This document shows, in pieces, positions 1-11,543 of a stretch of 64,000 nucleotides of DNA. The position numbers and the translations under genes were made by a program. The DNA lies in contig KZ538011.1 in NCBI GenBank assembly GCA_000934665.2, forward strand, positions 1 to 64,000. Reading direction: 5' to 3'. How positions within the stretch are numbered: the stretch's first letter is position 1; each line of letters opens with the position of its first letter. The DNA is from Catajapyx aquilonaris (lineage: Eukaryota). Below the pieces are notes generated by a model. It saw nothing but the letters and a program-made list of their open reading frames with translations. It was not told where the DNA came from and searched no databases.

Positions 1-881
1 TCACGTGGTATATGGACGACCCCTTATATAAATATGACACCAAACGATACCAAACTAAAAATTATGTGACGTGCTGGCGCTGTCATAACGATACCAGTTA
101 GCTCGCTCCGGCTCGCTCATACCCAAAGTGCTAACAGTTTCATTGCTGAGCATATGTTTTTATTCATGTGAGTGGTTGTGTATAGGTGCACTGCTTTGCC
201 TGGGGGCATGTAATGCTGTTAGGCAGGCCCGTATACCGTATTACAAACAAGTATCATTACACCCGCGAGTAGTCTTAGAGTAGGCAGGCATCACGAAAAG
301 GGAAAAGCAAGACGAAAAGGCATTTCGTATTGTATCGTATATCCATCGTACTGTATGTCTATCGTATCACCTCTATGCCTCTTACTTTTCGCGCAGTGCG
401 GCAGCGGTGCCACAGGTGGCAGTTCGGCCACGGGCCACAGCACACACTCACCGACCCCGGCAGACCTCACAAATCGCAACAAAACTCACAAACCCTATCT
501 AATAACACCAGAAGGCGCGAACAGTTTGCCTCCCAACAAGAGGGCCCGCCTTCGTTTTGATGACGTAGAGCTAAAAGGTCCATATTATTAATACCAGACT
601 GTGACGGAAACTCCTCCCGCACTGTAGGGCCTACAACATTGGGAGTGGTCTCTAAATCTTGCCAGCATTTTCTATATTTGCAAACCACTTTGGTTTTTTG
701 GAAATAGTGTACAGAGAATTTATAAAACGTAAAAAAACGCCGACCGACTAAAAAAAAAGAAGCCGATCGCGACCTTTCCACGGAATTCCCATTTCCGCCG
801 TTCCGGGCGCGGGGCGCCACCTCCAGGTTGGCGACTCGCTTACTTCTGCAATCCACCGTCGGATGTCGCTGCATGGTCCGC

Positions 882-884
<3 letters not shown>

Positions 885-927
<43 letters not shown>
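885..927. repeat. (TC)n microsatellite
   Basis: About 20 uninterrupted TC units. Confidence 0.97.
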
Positions 928-929
<2 letters not shown>

Positions 930-1095
930 TTTACAAATTTGCCTAATTTTGGCAAGTTGGTGCCTATTAGTTTAATGAAATAATATTAAATTAATAATAT
1001 AATAATATATTAATGAATTGTTATAATGAGGAGGAAACGGTCAAATTTCACGGGAGACTTTAACGTGTGCATCAGTGACTAGCGTGCCTAGCTCC

Positions 1096-1175
1096 CGATT
1101 GGCCGATTCCACAAGTATAGTTCGCGGCAGCCAATCACGGCCCGTCTAAGGTGTGCTACGGCTGCCCCGTATAAC
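1096..1175. promoter_or_regulatory. Candidate promoter upstream of nanos (two CCAAT boxes in opposite orientation, TATA-like TATAAC)
   Basis: GATTGG at ~1098, CCAATCA at ~1131 and TATAAC at ~1170, about 80 nt upstream of the ATG at 1251. Confidence 0.4.
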
Positions 1176-1250
1176 TCCCCTTTGTTCGTTAGAATCCCAA
1201 GTTTCGAACGCGTCTTTCTCATTCGGATTTGGGGAGTTCATCCAGCGAAC

Positions 1251-4200
1251 ATGGAGAAAGGTGACCAGGAGTCCTCTTCTCAGAGCAGGCCTCGCGGGCC
1301 ATGGCCTGAATATTCTCTGATGGACGAGAAGACGTACGAAACTTGGCCGATGCCCGTCATGCCGGACCCAGGGCAATGGAACGTGTTCGACTACACGTAT
1401 CCGGATGACCACCAACTGTCGGAGGAGCTGTGCCACCTCTTCCTGCAGCCTAGGCCCGTTCGTAGGAACTGCAATGGAAAGGCCCTCGACGATCCGGTGC
1501 CCATCAGGCCCCAGCACTGGAACTCTGGTATTTGCTGACTCCATCAATTTTATACATGGTGAAAATAGCAGTAGTTGTTACGGTCCTCTGAAATTTCGAA
1601 TTAAAGATCAAATGGAACGTTCCAAATGGGGATACAACATGTACTGTATGGGGAAGGATAGGAATAGTGATTATTGTTAACTCATTGTTAGAAACTGGTA
1701 CCAGCTGCCGTGAGTGGTTCCACCAGACCAGGCCACCATGGATGAGGAATTATCGGCACAGGAGGCCAAGAATAAGCACTGATACAGGTAAGTGTACCAC
1801 ATCACATGTTGACTATCCTTCAACGACATGGTAAAATTCAAAGGATTACTTGCTTTGGTCTGGCGTGCACATTTACATTTACCATATCTGCGTAAGGACC
1901 TGAAATGCCACACAGGCACTGTGTATTTTACAGCCATTAAATGTGTTGCGTTACATGTCACATCAATACTGAAGGTGGTACTATCGGGTTCAAATACTTT
2001 TGGCCTGGCCACTTTATCCTGGTTTTGAAGCAACCCTTCGCACAGACCTCACGTTAAGGAGGTGTGTGTGTGTGAAGGGTTGCTTCAAAACCAGGATAAA
2101 GTGGCAAAAAGTATTTGAACCCGATAGTACAACATGGGTAACAGTACCACTGCTGACATTTGGTGCCTTTTCACAATGACAGTGCAGTAGTTAAATAATA
2201 ATGCAAGTGTCTCACATAAATGTGTCCAATATCCTTCCAGGGTATCGGTACTTGAAATAGTACAATAATTCTCTTGTGATTGATTAAAATGGGAAGAGTA
2301 TGGATGCATACTCCTTATTATTCGTTGCTAAAGGTTTTTCTCGTGCCTCAGATGATGGTATGGATGAATTCAGAAGCAATGGTAGGGAGGAGTCCTATTT
2401 CCCAGAACCAGTAGCAAGCTCCTCTAACCATATGAATCAAGTGCTGGGGTCATCATCCCTGTACCATTCCAGCACTCCAAATAGCCTTTTGGGCATAAGC
2501 CTTACAAGCAAGGGATTTGGGGCAGGCAGCAAGGGTATCCATGAGGACACTTTTCCTGCAAGTGATGGGTTCCATGCAGACATTTCCAGCAAGAGTGAGT
2601 ACACCCATATTCAAGTGAAAAATTTTGGGCGAACATCAGATGTAATTAAGTAAGCCATTCCACCCATAAAGGATTGGGACCTGGAGCTCGCAGCATCCTT
2701 GAGCGACACTATTCCACCGGTGAGGGATTTGGAGCAGGGGCTGTGGACAATCATGAGGCAAGCAGTTACCCAACTAGTTTGGAGGGGTTTGGAGCAAGGT
2801 CTTCCAGCAACAATGACATGAGCAGCTACCACAGCCAGGGGTTTGGAGTAAGGTCTATCAGCAATATTGAGATGCCCAGCTACCCCAGTGAGAAGTTTGA
2901 GGCCAGAGCTACCAGCAACAATGATATGACCAGCTACCCCAGTGAGAGGTGTGCGGCCGGAGCTACCTGCAAGCATGAGATGAGCACCTATCCCAGTGAG
3001 AGGTGTGCGGCCGGAGCTACCTGCAAGCATGAGATAAGTACCTATCCCAGTGAGAGGTGTGCGGCCGGAGCTACCAGCAAGCATGAGCTGAGCACCTACC
3101 CCAGTGAGAGGTGTGCGGCCAGAGCTACCAGCAAGCATGAGGTGAGCACCTATCCCAGTGAGAGGTGTGCGGCTGGAGCTACCAGCAAGCATGAGATGAG
3201 CACCTATCCCAGTGAGAGGTATGAGACAAGAGCTACCAGCAACCAGATGAGCAGCTACCCCAATCTGGGGTTTGGAGCCAGATCTGTCAGCAACAGTGAG
3301 AGGTTTGAGGCCAGAGCTACCAGCAACCATGAGATGAGCACCTCCGCCAGTGAGATGTATGAGCAGGCCAGAGCTACCAGGAACAATGAGATGAGCAGCT
3401 CCTCTACAGTTGAGGCATGTCAGGCCAAGTCTGCCACCAACATGACCAATGAAGGGTTCTGGGCTGTCAACAGCAGTGATGGCAGCGGCCATACTATCAA
3501 TGACAAGCTATGGCCTAGTATCAGCAGCAGCAACTATGAGAGAATAAGCCGACCCACCAACAATGAGGAATTTGGGGTAAAGGCCAGAAATGAGGGCAGT
3601 GGCTCTTCCAATGCAGGGATGTGGAACAGCATAGTAAGCAACAGTGCTGAGGAGAGCCAGCCCTCTAATAGTGGGTTTTGGTCCAACATCGTCGTCAACT
3701 CAATAAGGAACCCCCACCAGCAACAGCAGAAGCTCCTCCTTGATGCTCTGCTCCTATCCAGCTCAGAGCCTGGAAATAGGCCCAGTGCATCTGGCCAAAG
3801 CAGCCGCCACAACACTGCTGGGGGCAGTCGTACCAGTGCAACTGCAAATGTGGCACAGCGCAACACTAGCTTTCGGGGAGGTGCAGCTACAGGAATGCCT
3901 TCAAGTGGAAATGGAGGAAAGGCGCCAGGTCACCAAATGTTTTGCGTGTTTTGCAAGGTAATTATATACAAATTTTTAATGATTGCAATAGAGAATTTGA
4001 AAATTCATTATTATTAGTTTTTATTCCTTATTATTAGTGTGATTCAATTACTGAGCCATTTAGTAGCACAGGTAATGTGGTATTATATTGATAATGTATA
4101 CATTCATGATGCTCCCTTCTGTATTGCATGAGCCTCTGTTAATGTGTTTTTGTTACTTATTATAGGGAACAAAATTGAACTTTTTTCTGGCACACGGACT

Positions 4201-7200
4201 TGATTTTGAAATTCCAGTTGTATTTTTTGCGCTGATTTCAAATATATTAACCATTTTCTTCTATCACCCACAGTTGTTGAGTAATAATCATTTTTATGGT
4301 AGCAATGAACTTCCTTCAATGTAGGCCTACATAATTATAGGTAGCACTGATCGACAAAATTGCAATTTTTTTGGCGCATCCATGTGAATGTGCGATTCCT
4401 ATAGTCCTCTCTGTCCTGATTTCAACTCTGTTAACCATTCGACTCTATCACCTATAGATTTTGAGTAATTGGCATTTTTACTGTAAAAAAGTACTTATTC
4501 GTATCACCGATCAACAAAATTAAAATCTTTCCGGCGCATGTACATAAATAATATGTCATTCTTATTGTATTCTTCGTGCTGATTTCAAATATAACCGATA
4601 TTTTCTATAACCTACACTTTTTGAGTAATTGGCATTTTTACGGTAGGCTACTATCAAAAAACCTCTTAATGTACAGTAGAATCATACACTTTGAAATAAA
4701 TTTCTGAGTAAGTAATGACTAACAGGGCTTAGTATGGGATTAGTATGGATTATTTATGATGCCCCCACTGTAGATACACCAAAATCCTCATATGGAATTA
4801 TGGTTACAAAAATTATGCATATAAAGGTGACAATGAGCAATGTTCAGTAATTATATAAAAGAAGGTATGCGTTTGTTACAAGAAAATGGATACCGATATT
4901 AAAATTCTGACTACATATTTACAATCAGCGCCTACTAATAATGAGAGACACCAAAAATTGCGGCTTAAACAAAACCCAATGTTGCCCAAAATATTAATGA
5001 TATTGAGCTAGGCAAAATCATAGCCTAAAATAGCTAAAAATAGCTAAAATCATAGGGTTCGGTAGGGTAAGGCCTGTTACAAGAAAATGGATGCCGATAT
5101 TGAAATTTTGACTTCATATATCGGAATCAGCACATACTGAAACATGGTAAAAAGTGAAAATGGCGCAATTAACAAAACTACTGTTGACCATATATTAGTC
5201 ATATTGAGCAATGTGCAGTGTACGCAACATTTGGTATGGCTGTTACAAAAAATAGAGGGTGATGGACACTTTCTGGCTTCATATTTGGAATCAGCGTGTG
5301 AGAATGCATTAGAAACAACTAAAATAGTCCATGTGCCAAAAACCTTGTTGACTATAGTGTTATCAATGTGGGATATCTTTTTATAATGGCTATTTAATTG
5401 TTTCGGATGCCCATGAATTGTATCAGTTCTAACTGAAACTTCTCATTAGTCTCATGTAGTGTGTTTCAGGTGACAGATTTCTCGAGTGAGAGGGGTCATT
5501 GTTGCTGTTTGATAGAGAGAGAGAGTAACTTAGTGAATATTCTAGAAGTGTACATGCAAAAAATACAGTTTATATTGAAAGCATAGTTGCTCATGCGGAC
5601 ACATTCATACACAGTAGAGGATATTGTATTGCCAGAAATGTGTGTTTTTTTTGCGCATTAATGCAAGCCACTCAAAATGCCCCTTTCTTCACACAATAAA
5701 GTGTGAAATCATAAAATGTCACAATTAAAACTAGTAAGGTTTTTGATGCTAATGTTTGGAAAACAATTAGGTAATAAATATTTTGCGGAAATGACCCGCA
5801 GAAAATTTTTACACTGGCTATACACTAAAACAACATACACTATAGGGTATAGGGTACAAGGTGTTTCATAATAATACTGACCAATGTCTAGGGTAAACTC
5901 TGAGGTAAACTCCTGCGAGGAAGAGGATAACTTTTTGTAGATCGTTTCATTTGTTCTAACGCACTGTGATACAAGGTAATTACTAATTAGCTTTTAATAT
6001 GCAGTATAGTGCAGCATATCCTGGAAGGTTTACATCCAACCATGCACAGAGATCTTGTAAAAACTATGCATGAATACTCTGAGGAACTTGCCAATGCACA
6101 TGGAACCTTGGGATATCGCTGGTGCTAATTTGGAAGGCATGTTTCATTGAGGGTGAAATGATCACTCTATTCCTGATTATTTGAAAAGGTGCTGATACAT
6201 TATTTGCAATACAGTTTTTAGATGTCGGCCATGGGAGGTTGGATACATACCTTCCAGTATACTGTATTATTATTCTCTGGAAAAAATTAGCAATTAGAAT
6301 TATCGGGGGCAGCATGGTGGTGTAGTGCTTTGCGCCACAACCTTCCACCTTTGAGGTCCCAATGAGCTCGATCCCTGGATCGGACAGATGATACTTAGAG
6401 TATGTGGATATAGAGTTTCGATGGGATCTCTTCGTATTCACATGGGTTTTCTTGGGGTTCTCCCATTCCCTCACACAATCAAAATCCATCACAGGACAGG
6501 CAATGATTAAAGATGGTACATGAAAAGATGATCCCCTAAAAAAGGCCCAAGGAGGCCTATCATGGGATACCCATTAACATTATAGATCCATTCACTCTCT
6601 TCAGGATTATATGTGCACAAATATGTAGTACAGGGTGCTTCTTGGCTGGACAGCTCTCAATGTGAATTCTTGGTTATCAGATGGTCATTTTATGTTCAAG
6701 TGCTGGTGGGCTACAGACATACTGCCTTTCTACAAAGATAATTATCTTGTCTTACTTAATCAGGAAGTACTGTATAAATTATATACTATCATTCCTAGTA
6801 CAGGATTACTGCCTTTGACATTCAGATGATTCCACATTTTAAATTAAAACTTCTGCTTATGGTGATACAGTGAAACCTGTGCATGGTGGAATGGGACCCT
6901 ATAATTTTTCCGTAATGGACAAATTTCCACTATAGTCGACACGGAATTCATGACTTATGCATATGCCCATTCCAAGAAAAAAAATCCACAGTGGACAGGT
7001 CTTCGCTATATTCAGGGTTTGTTATGGGTAGGTTTCACTGTACTAACATTTTAAATAGTCACGCTTGCGTGAATGGTCCTATATATTTTCCAGATATTTT
7101 ATAGTCCACCTTTTGTTTGAAGCCCATTATTGTAATGAGGCATTGCTGACAAAATAACAAAATTGATCATCTAGTAGTTACCCAAAATCGCTCTAGAAGT

Positions 7201-7718
7201 TTTGTTGCTTTAAACAAGAGACACTATTCTGTATAGGCACTCCACCATTTGAACGTGACCAAAAGCAATGGCCTCTCTCATTCTAGAACAATGGTGAGGA
7301 TGAATGTTTCTACAGCACCCACTACCTGAAGGATCAGGAGGGCAGGGTGACCTGCCCAATTCTATACAATTACACTTGCCCCATTTGTTCTGCCACCAAG
7401 GAGGAAGCCCATACCATCAAGTATTGCCCACGTAACCCAAAAGGAAACAACCCGTCTTCTTCCAGCTGTGGACAGATCATGCAAGCTGCGAGAGAGGTGC
7501 CAGACCTTACTCCTGGGAAGGTGAGACTGCTAGCACCCCGTTTCGAGAGCAGATCTCAGGACAACCCAGAACCCTCCAGCAGGACTTCCCAGCCTCCCAA
7601 ATGCCATTCCGGTAAGGTGGAAGGCAATGATAGTGCCTCTGACAGCAGCGTAGATGAAGATGGAATGAAGATGGTGCACAAGGGGAAGAAACATAGGTCT
7701 AGGGCAACATCACTTTAA
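1251..7718 (+). CDS. nanos: Nanos-family RNA-binding protein (tandem CCHC zinc fingers); predicted exons ~1251-1527, ~2352(or 2334)-3957 (contains a frame break at ~2645-2693), 7287-7718
   Basis: Splicing ...FCVFCK|gtaatt (3957/3958) to ttctag|[48 protein letters not shown] (7287) gives the exact Nanos spacing C-X2-C-X12-H-X10-C-X7-C-X2-C-X7-H-X4-C. The phase-0 junction is consistent. The exon 1 donor (TCTG|gtattt, phase 1) matches the acceptors at 2333/2351. The 5' exons are less certain than the zinc-finger exons. Confidence 0.9.
1980..2129. mobile_element. ~150-bp near-perfect foldback MITE in nanos intron 1
   Basis: The left arm gtactatcgggttcaaatacttttgg...ccactttatcctggttttgaagcaacccttc is the reverse complement of the right arm gaagggttgcttcaaaaccaggataaagtggcaaaaagtatttgaacccgatagtac (~60-bp arms); TA at both ends. 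Confidence 0.8.
2881..3255 (+). repeat. Coding tandem repeat in nanos exon 2: ~7 copies of a 54-bp unit (18 aa, [22 protein letters not shown]), with degenerate copies from ~2700 to ~3400
   Basis: Units start at 2881, 2935, 2989, 3043, 3097, 3151 and 3205 with ta(c/t)cccagtgaga; the central units are nearly identical. Confidence 0.95.
4158..5359. mobile_element. Degenerate non-autonomous DNA transposon with subterminal repeats (CMC/Chapaev-like)
   Basis: Three direct ~170-190-bp subrepeats on the left carry (g)ctgatttcaa (~4231, ~4416, ~4578), and inverted copies on the right carry atcagc / gttacaagaaaatgga (~4875-5300). CAC-type ends: cactgatcgacaaaatt (4345) and ttgttgactatagtg (ends 5359). 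The superfamily call is from recalled terminal motifs only. Confidence 0.55.
6305..6490 (+). mobile_element. Degenerate tRNA-derived SINE with a V-domain-like core
   Basis: tRNA-like head (ggggcagcatggtggtgtagtg A-box; gagctcgatccctg B-box-like), followed by tgtgga...agagttt...gggttttcttggggttctcccattccctcacacaatcaaa, which resembles the V-SINE core GGGTTTCCTCCGGGTGCTCCGGTTTCCTCCCACA. Confidence 0.65.
6868..7040. mobile_element. pogo/Tigger-type MITE (Tc1/mariner superfamily)
   Basis: TA|CAGTGAAACCT ... AGGTTTCACTG|TA: 11-bp perfect TIR with TA target duplication. Confidence 0.8.
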
Positions 7719-7847
7719 GGTGCTTGTAACAATCAGGAAGTGACAAATAATGGTAACCTGTTGATGTAACCCTTGGCTGAGGACGGATCAGTTAATCTAA
7801 ATATGGAAGTGATGTTTGATTTCATCTTTTGTGACCTATCGCGCACA

Positions 7848-7947
7848 GGGGCAGTACACATATTAAGTCATCATCGAGGGGGGAGGGGGGAGGGGGGGGG
7901 GGTTCAAAAATGTCAAAAATGTGATGACATAATATGTGTGCGGCCCC
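7848..7947. mobile_element. 100-bp MITE in the presumed nanos 3' UTR
   Basis: GGGGCAGTACACATATTAAGTCATCA ... TGATGACATAATATGTGTGCGGCCCC inverted termini around a G-run. A related right terminus (tcacgtggtatatggacgacccc) sits at positions 1-23. Confidence 0.75.
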
Positions 7948-9236
7948 ACCATGGAAGTAAATTTATTTATACATTTCCAGTGATCGTCTGCTCCAAATGA
8001 TGAATGTAAAATCTTACGCAGTACGCCTGCATAATTTACCTCATCATGGAATAGAAATTACCAGCTCAGGGCTTTCAGTCCTCAGGCAAGGGTCATTCAT
8101 GGCAATTTACTTTTTTATTGTGTGTTACTGTAATTATGCACATTAGAATTTATGCGAATTTGGATGGTACCTGAGTTGAAATCATCATAATTCTCTCATT
8201 TTTTGTGCCAATGGAGAGTACAGGGTATGAAAATACTGCAGTTAGTTTTTTTTACTAGTGGTGAGAACTGCCAGCATATGCCTAGTATGTGAGCACAATC
8301 ATACGCCATAGTTATTCATCGTGTTGGCATTGTTTTATTTCAGTTCAAGTGTTCCATTCATTGAAACTCTCTTCCCTGAATTTCTCAGTGGAAGTAAATG
8401 TTTTTATCTTTCAACTGGTGGTCTGCTCCAAAGGATAAATTTTAAAATCTTGTGCAACACTCAATTGCGCAATTGACATCGTGATAAAAATTACCAACTC
8501 ATTCCTCAAGTGGGGTTCAATTGTGGCATGTGACTCTTGTGCATTGGGGTACTGCAAATGAGAATTGTCTAGAATTTAAATAGCATTTTAGTTTTATTTA
8601 ATAGCAATGCTCAACCATGTGGTTTAAATTACTATCATTCATGCTACAGAGTGTGGTGCAGGTTTTTTGGTTTATGTCAGTTCTAGTGTTCCATTTTTAA
8701 AAATATAACTTCCTAGATATCAGTCTTTCACAGAGCGTCAAAGTGTTATTTCTCAGTAGCCATGTCAAAGGAAAATCATCTAGTACGAGAAATCGTAGAA
8801 ATTGTGGTTCTAGTCACTTTATAGTTGCTACAACATGCCAACATGTTAAAAGAAATTTCACTTCAGTTTGCTTAAAGGTTTTTGATTTTATTGTGGGTAA
8901 CTTTTTGTCTTCTCATCTGATAGGTGTCTAGTGTATATGATTTACGTTCCCGCAACTGCTCTTTTTCTATGAAGCATTTTTCAACTTATCATTCAGAGAC
9001 ACAAGTACTTCCCAGTACTTCCCTGGTACTTCCATTTAACTTTGAATTTTTCTTTTGCTGAAGTGATGATGTTATAATATGTCAACACTTGACAATTTGT
9101 TACAATAAGACGAATGTGAAACTCCGCAAGTTTAAATTAATCCGGACATTGTTCGTGTAAGCTGTAAGGTCACAATAATAAAAAAAAGCATTGACAAACT
9201 TGCGTACGTCGTTGTGCATGACTGTGGACGTTCCCA

Positions 9237-10730
9237 TTATGGCAGATTAGAGAGGAATATGGTGTCCAGTATAGCATCCCTGAGGCAATAGTGGATGTAT
9301 GCATACTGGGTCAAGTTGGACACCATGTAATTCCTACATTCCCTGAGTGCAAGGACAGTTCGGAATATGTCTACTCTGTTCCCAAGGCGTGCTTGCTGCA
9401 GGAGTATGTCCAGAGCAATCAGAGTGCCGGAACGACCAATACCAGCGCTATATGAAGAAGTGATTAGGGCAGAGGTGATTGCATCAGATTTGCAATCCTT
9501 AGGGGCTTAAGACAATCCAGACTGAGATGAATAAGGTCCCTCACCTACAGTGGACTAGCGTGGGGACATCTGGATCTTTATACATCCTGGCAAGCTTTAT
9601 GAAATCCAACAGCGACTTAGTTGTTTCAGGGCTGCCGTAGTCATTCCAAATGAGAAATTGCAGGTGTTTCACAAGTCTAGTTGCACCTTCCTTCGAAACC
9701 TGATAATTGAGAGGCTATGTTTAGGCATGATCTTCTTGGATGCTGGCTTCTATTATATCTGTCATTTTAACATTACCTCTATGGTGTTATAACTGACATT
9801 AGAATTCTAAAAAAGAAAAATGTTGCTGCTTCAACCTGCACACCTTCAGGGACTGTTCCACAAAGCCATCTAATTTGACCACGCTTGTCAACTCCACCCT
9901 AATGCCCCCGTAGGAGCAAGCCTGATTCCCAGGCCAATATTTGTAGCACTTATCCTGCAAATGATTAAATATGGATTATTAAGAGGCTGCTGCTCCTATG
10001 GTCCACATTGTGTACCTTTCCCTCTTCCTGGCACCGGGTCAGCATCAGGATCAACTTGACATTTTCCTGCCAAACCATCCGCCAAAAGTCATTACACGTT
10101 TCTTCTGTGGGTCCTTGCGCTGCTATGTATTCCTTGTTGGAAGTGTATCCCTGAAAAGAAGGTAGCCTAAGGACGTGTGCCAGTGGAAATGAATACCAAG
10201 GAGCACATATCACTTAGGGTAGTGAAGGCTCCTTATGTACAGAGGATTATATTTGCTCATTGCAAGGACTAAATGAATGCATGGATTTTGTCGCATGTAA
10301 CGGAATCATGTTCATAGTGCGGAAAACTTCTGCGGAATGGACCGTTACACACGTTTCGCTGTAATAATAAGAAACGTAAATCCATACCCGGATATAAGAA
10401 GCGTTGATGTAATCGGAAAAGGAGTCTCCAGGAAGTTGCTCCAGTTTAACCCTGGTGTGGTCGTCTTGAAAAGAGACATAGTGAATCATTTACATCACTT
10501 TCCATTACCGGATACAAATTGCGGCTTACATGGCATGACGTTTGAGTATCTGTTCTTGTAATAGTTTTCATCTCGTTCGGATTCCACGTAGTCGTAAGTC
10601 ATGTCTTCGGACAAGTGTTCGATGCGAGTGTATTCATTCATCAGGGTCTTTCCACTCTTGTTCAACAAAGGGCCATAGTAGGACCCCAGCTTCTTTCTAG
10701 TTACATTATTTCTCCTGGCTCCGCAAGCAC
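9237..10730 (-). CDS. Classical protein tyrosine phosphatase catalytic domain (second, tandem copy); exons ~10730-10530, 10464-10388, ~10150-10017, ~9954-9845, ~9699-9546, ~9447-9237; 5' end unresolved
   Basis: The spliced translation contains KNRYSNVMP, DHTRVKL, DYINASYI, YIAAQGP, DFWRMVWQE, KCYKYWP, WNDYG, VHCSAGIGRSG and QYAYIH, with the stop TAA at 9237-9239. All introns are GT-AG and at the same positions as in the upstream RPTP. Confidence 0.9.
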
Positions 10731-11543
10731 CTGCTACATGGGAAATAATATGGTTCATTGCAGAGCAGAGGTGCCATCAGGACTTCGAAGCTTCGATAAT
10801 GACATAACTAGCATTTAGTCAAATATGCAATGCACCATATCCTTTTTTGTATGTCCAGCACGCGGCATTCCCACTGATATAAACTACATGGAAACTCGTG
10901 TATTTTAAATGTAAAGGGCATACGGTACTTACAACTGCAGTAAGTTGGTTGACATACTGCCTGAAGAGGCGGTAGGCAATTACCCATTTGATTCTGTCAC
11001 TTAGCAATGGACAATAATCGACAATCAGGCAGTCTGCATGAGCAAAAAGCCGTGTAGGCGCATGACAATGAACAGTTTGAATTTTATGCACATTTTTCGG
11101 GGGGATTGTAGGTACGATACTTTGTTGTCATATGACTATGCCGGATAATAGCGTGTATTTTGGTAAATACGATAATTATGCCGTTTGCGAAATCTTCATA
11201 ACTCTATTAGTTATATGTTAATCTTATAATAAATGACATAAAACGAGGCGAGTATAGCAGAGCACGAGTGTAATGCTTTTCCATTGTTATGTACAATCTT
11301 TATTGTGGAATCAGTCAACAGTTGGGCATTCAGCACTTACAAGTCCTGCAATGTGACCATCAGTAATTATGGAGTAATGGTAGTGTTCTGCCGTGTGACT
11401 CACTGGACTTGATTAAACTTTAATAGAAAAAAAAAGAAACAACGGCTCTCTTCCCACCATGACTAGAGCACCATGAGCAAGTTCCATCTCACTTTGTGTG
11501 TGCGGATGTATACGTCTGTGTTCACACCTGGAAAAATAATATA

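Noticed and set aside
467..955. 162-aa ORF with an ER repeat / possible first exon of a divergent gene (ATG ~874, donor gaa|gtaagc ~844)
   Set aside because: The ER run comes from the (TC)n microsatellite. A divergent gene is possible, but no recognisable coding sequence supports it.
2881..3255. CRISPR-like array
   Set aside because: There are no unique spacers; this is an in-frame coding repeat in a eukaryotic gene.
2611..3492. 293-aa minus-strand ORF with repeats
   Set aside because: It is the antisense shadow of the nanos coding tandem repeat, with no independent gene features.
6305..6390. tRNA gene
   Set aside because: It cannot be folded into a cloverleaf and continues into a SINE-like body.
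10819..11091. 90-aa ORF as the N-terminus of the second PTP
   Set aside because: It has no recognisable motif and no convincing in-phase junction to 10730.
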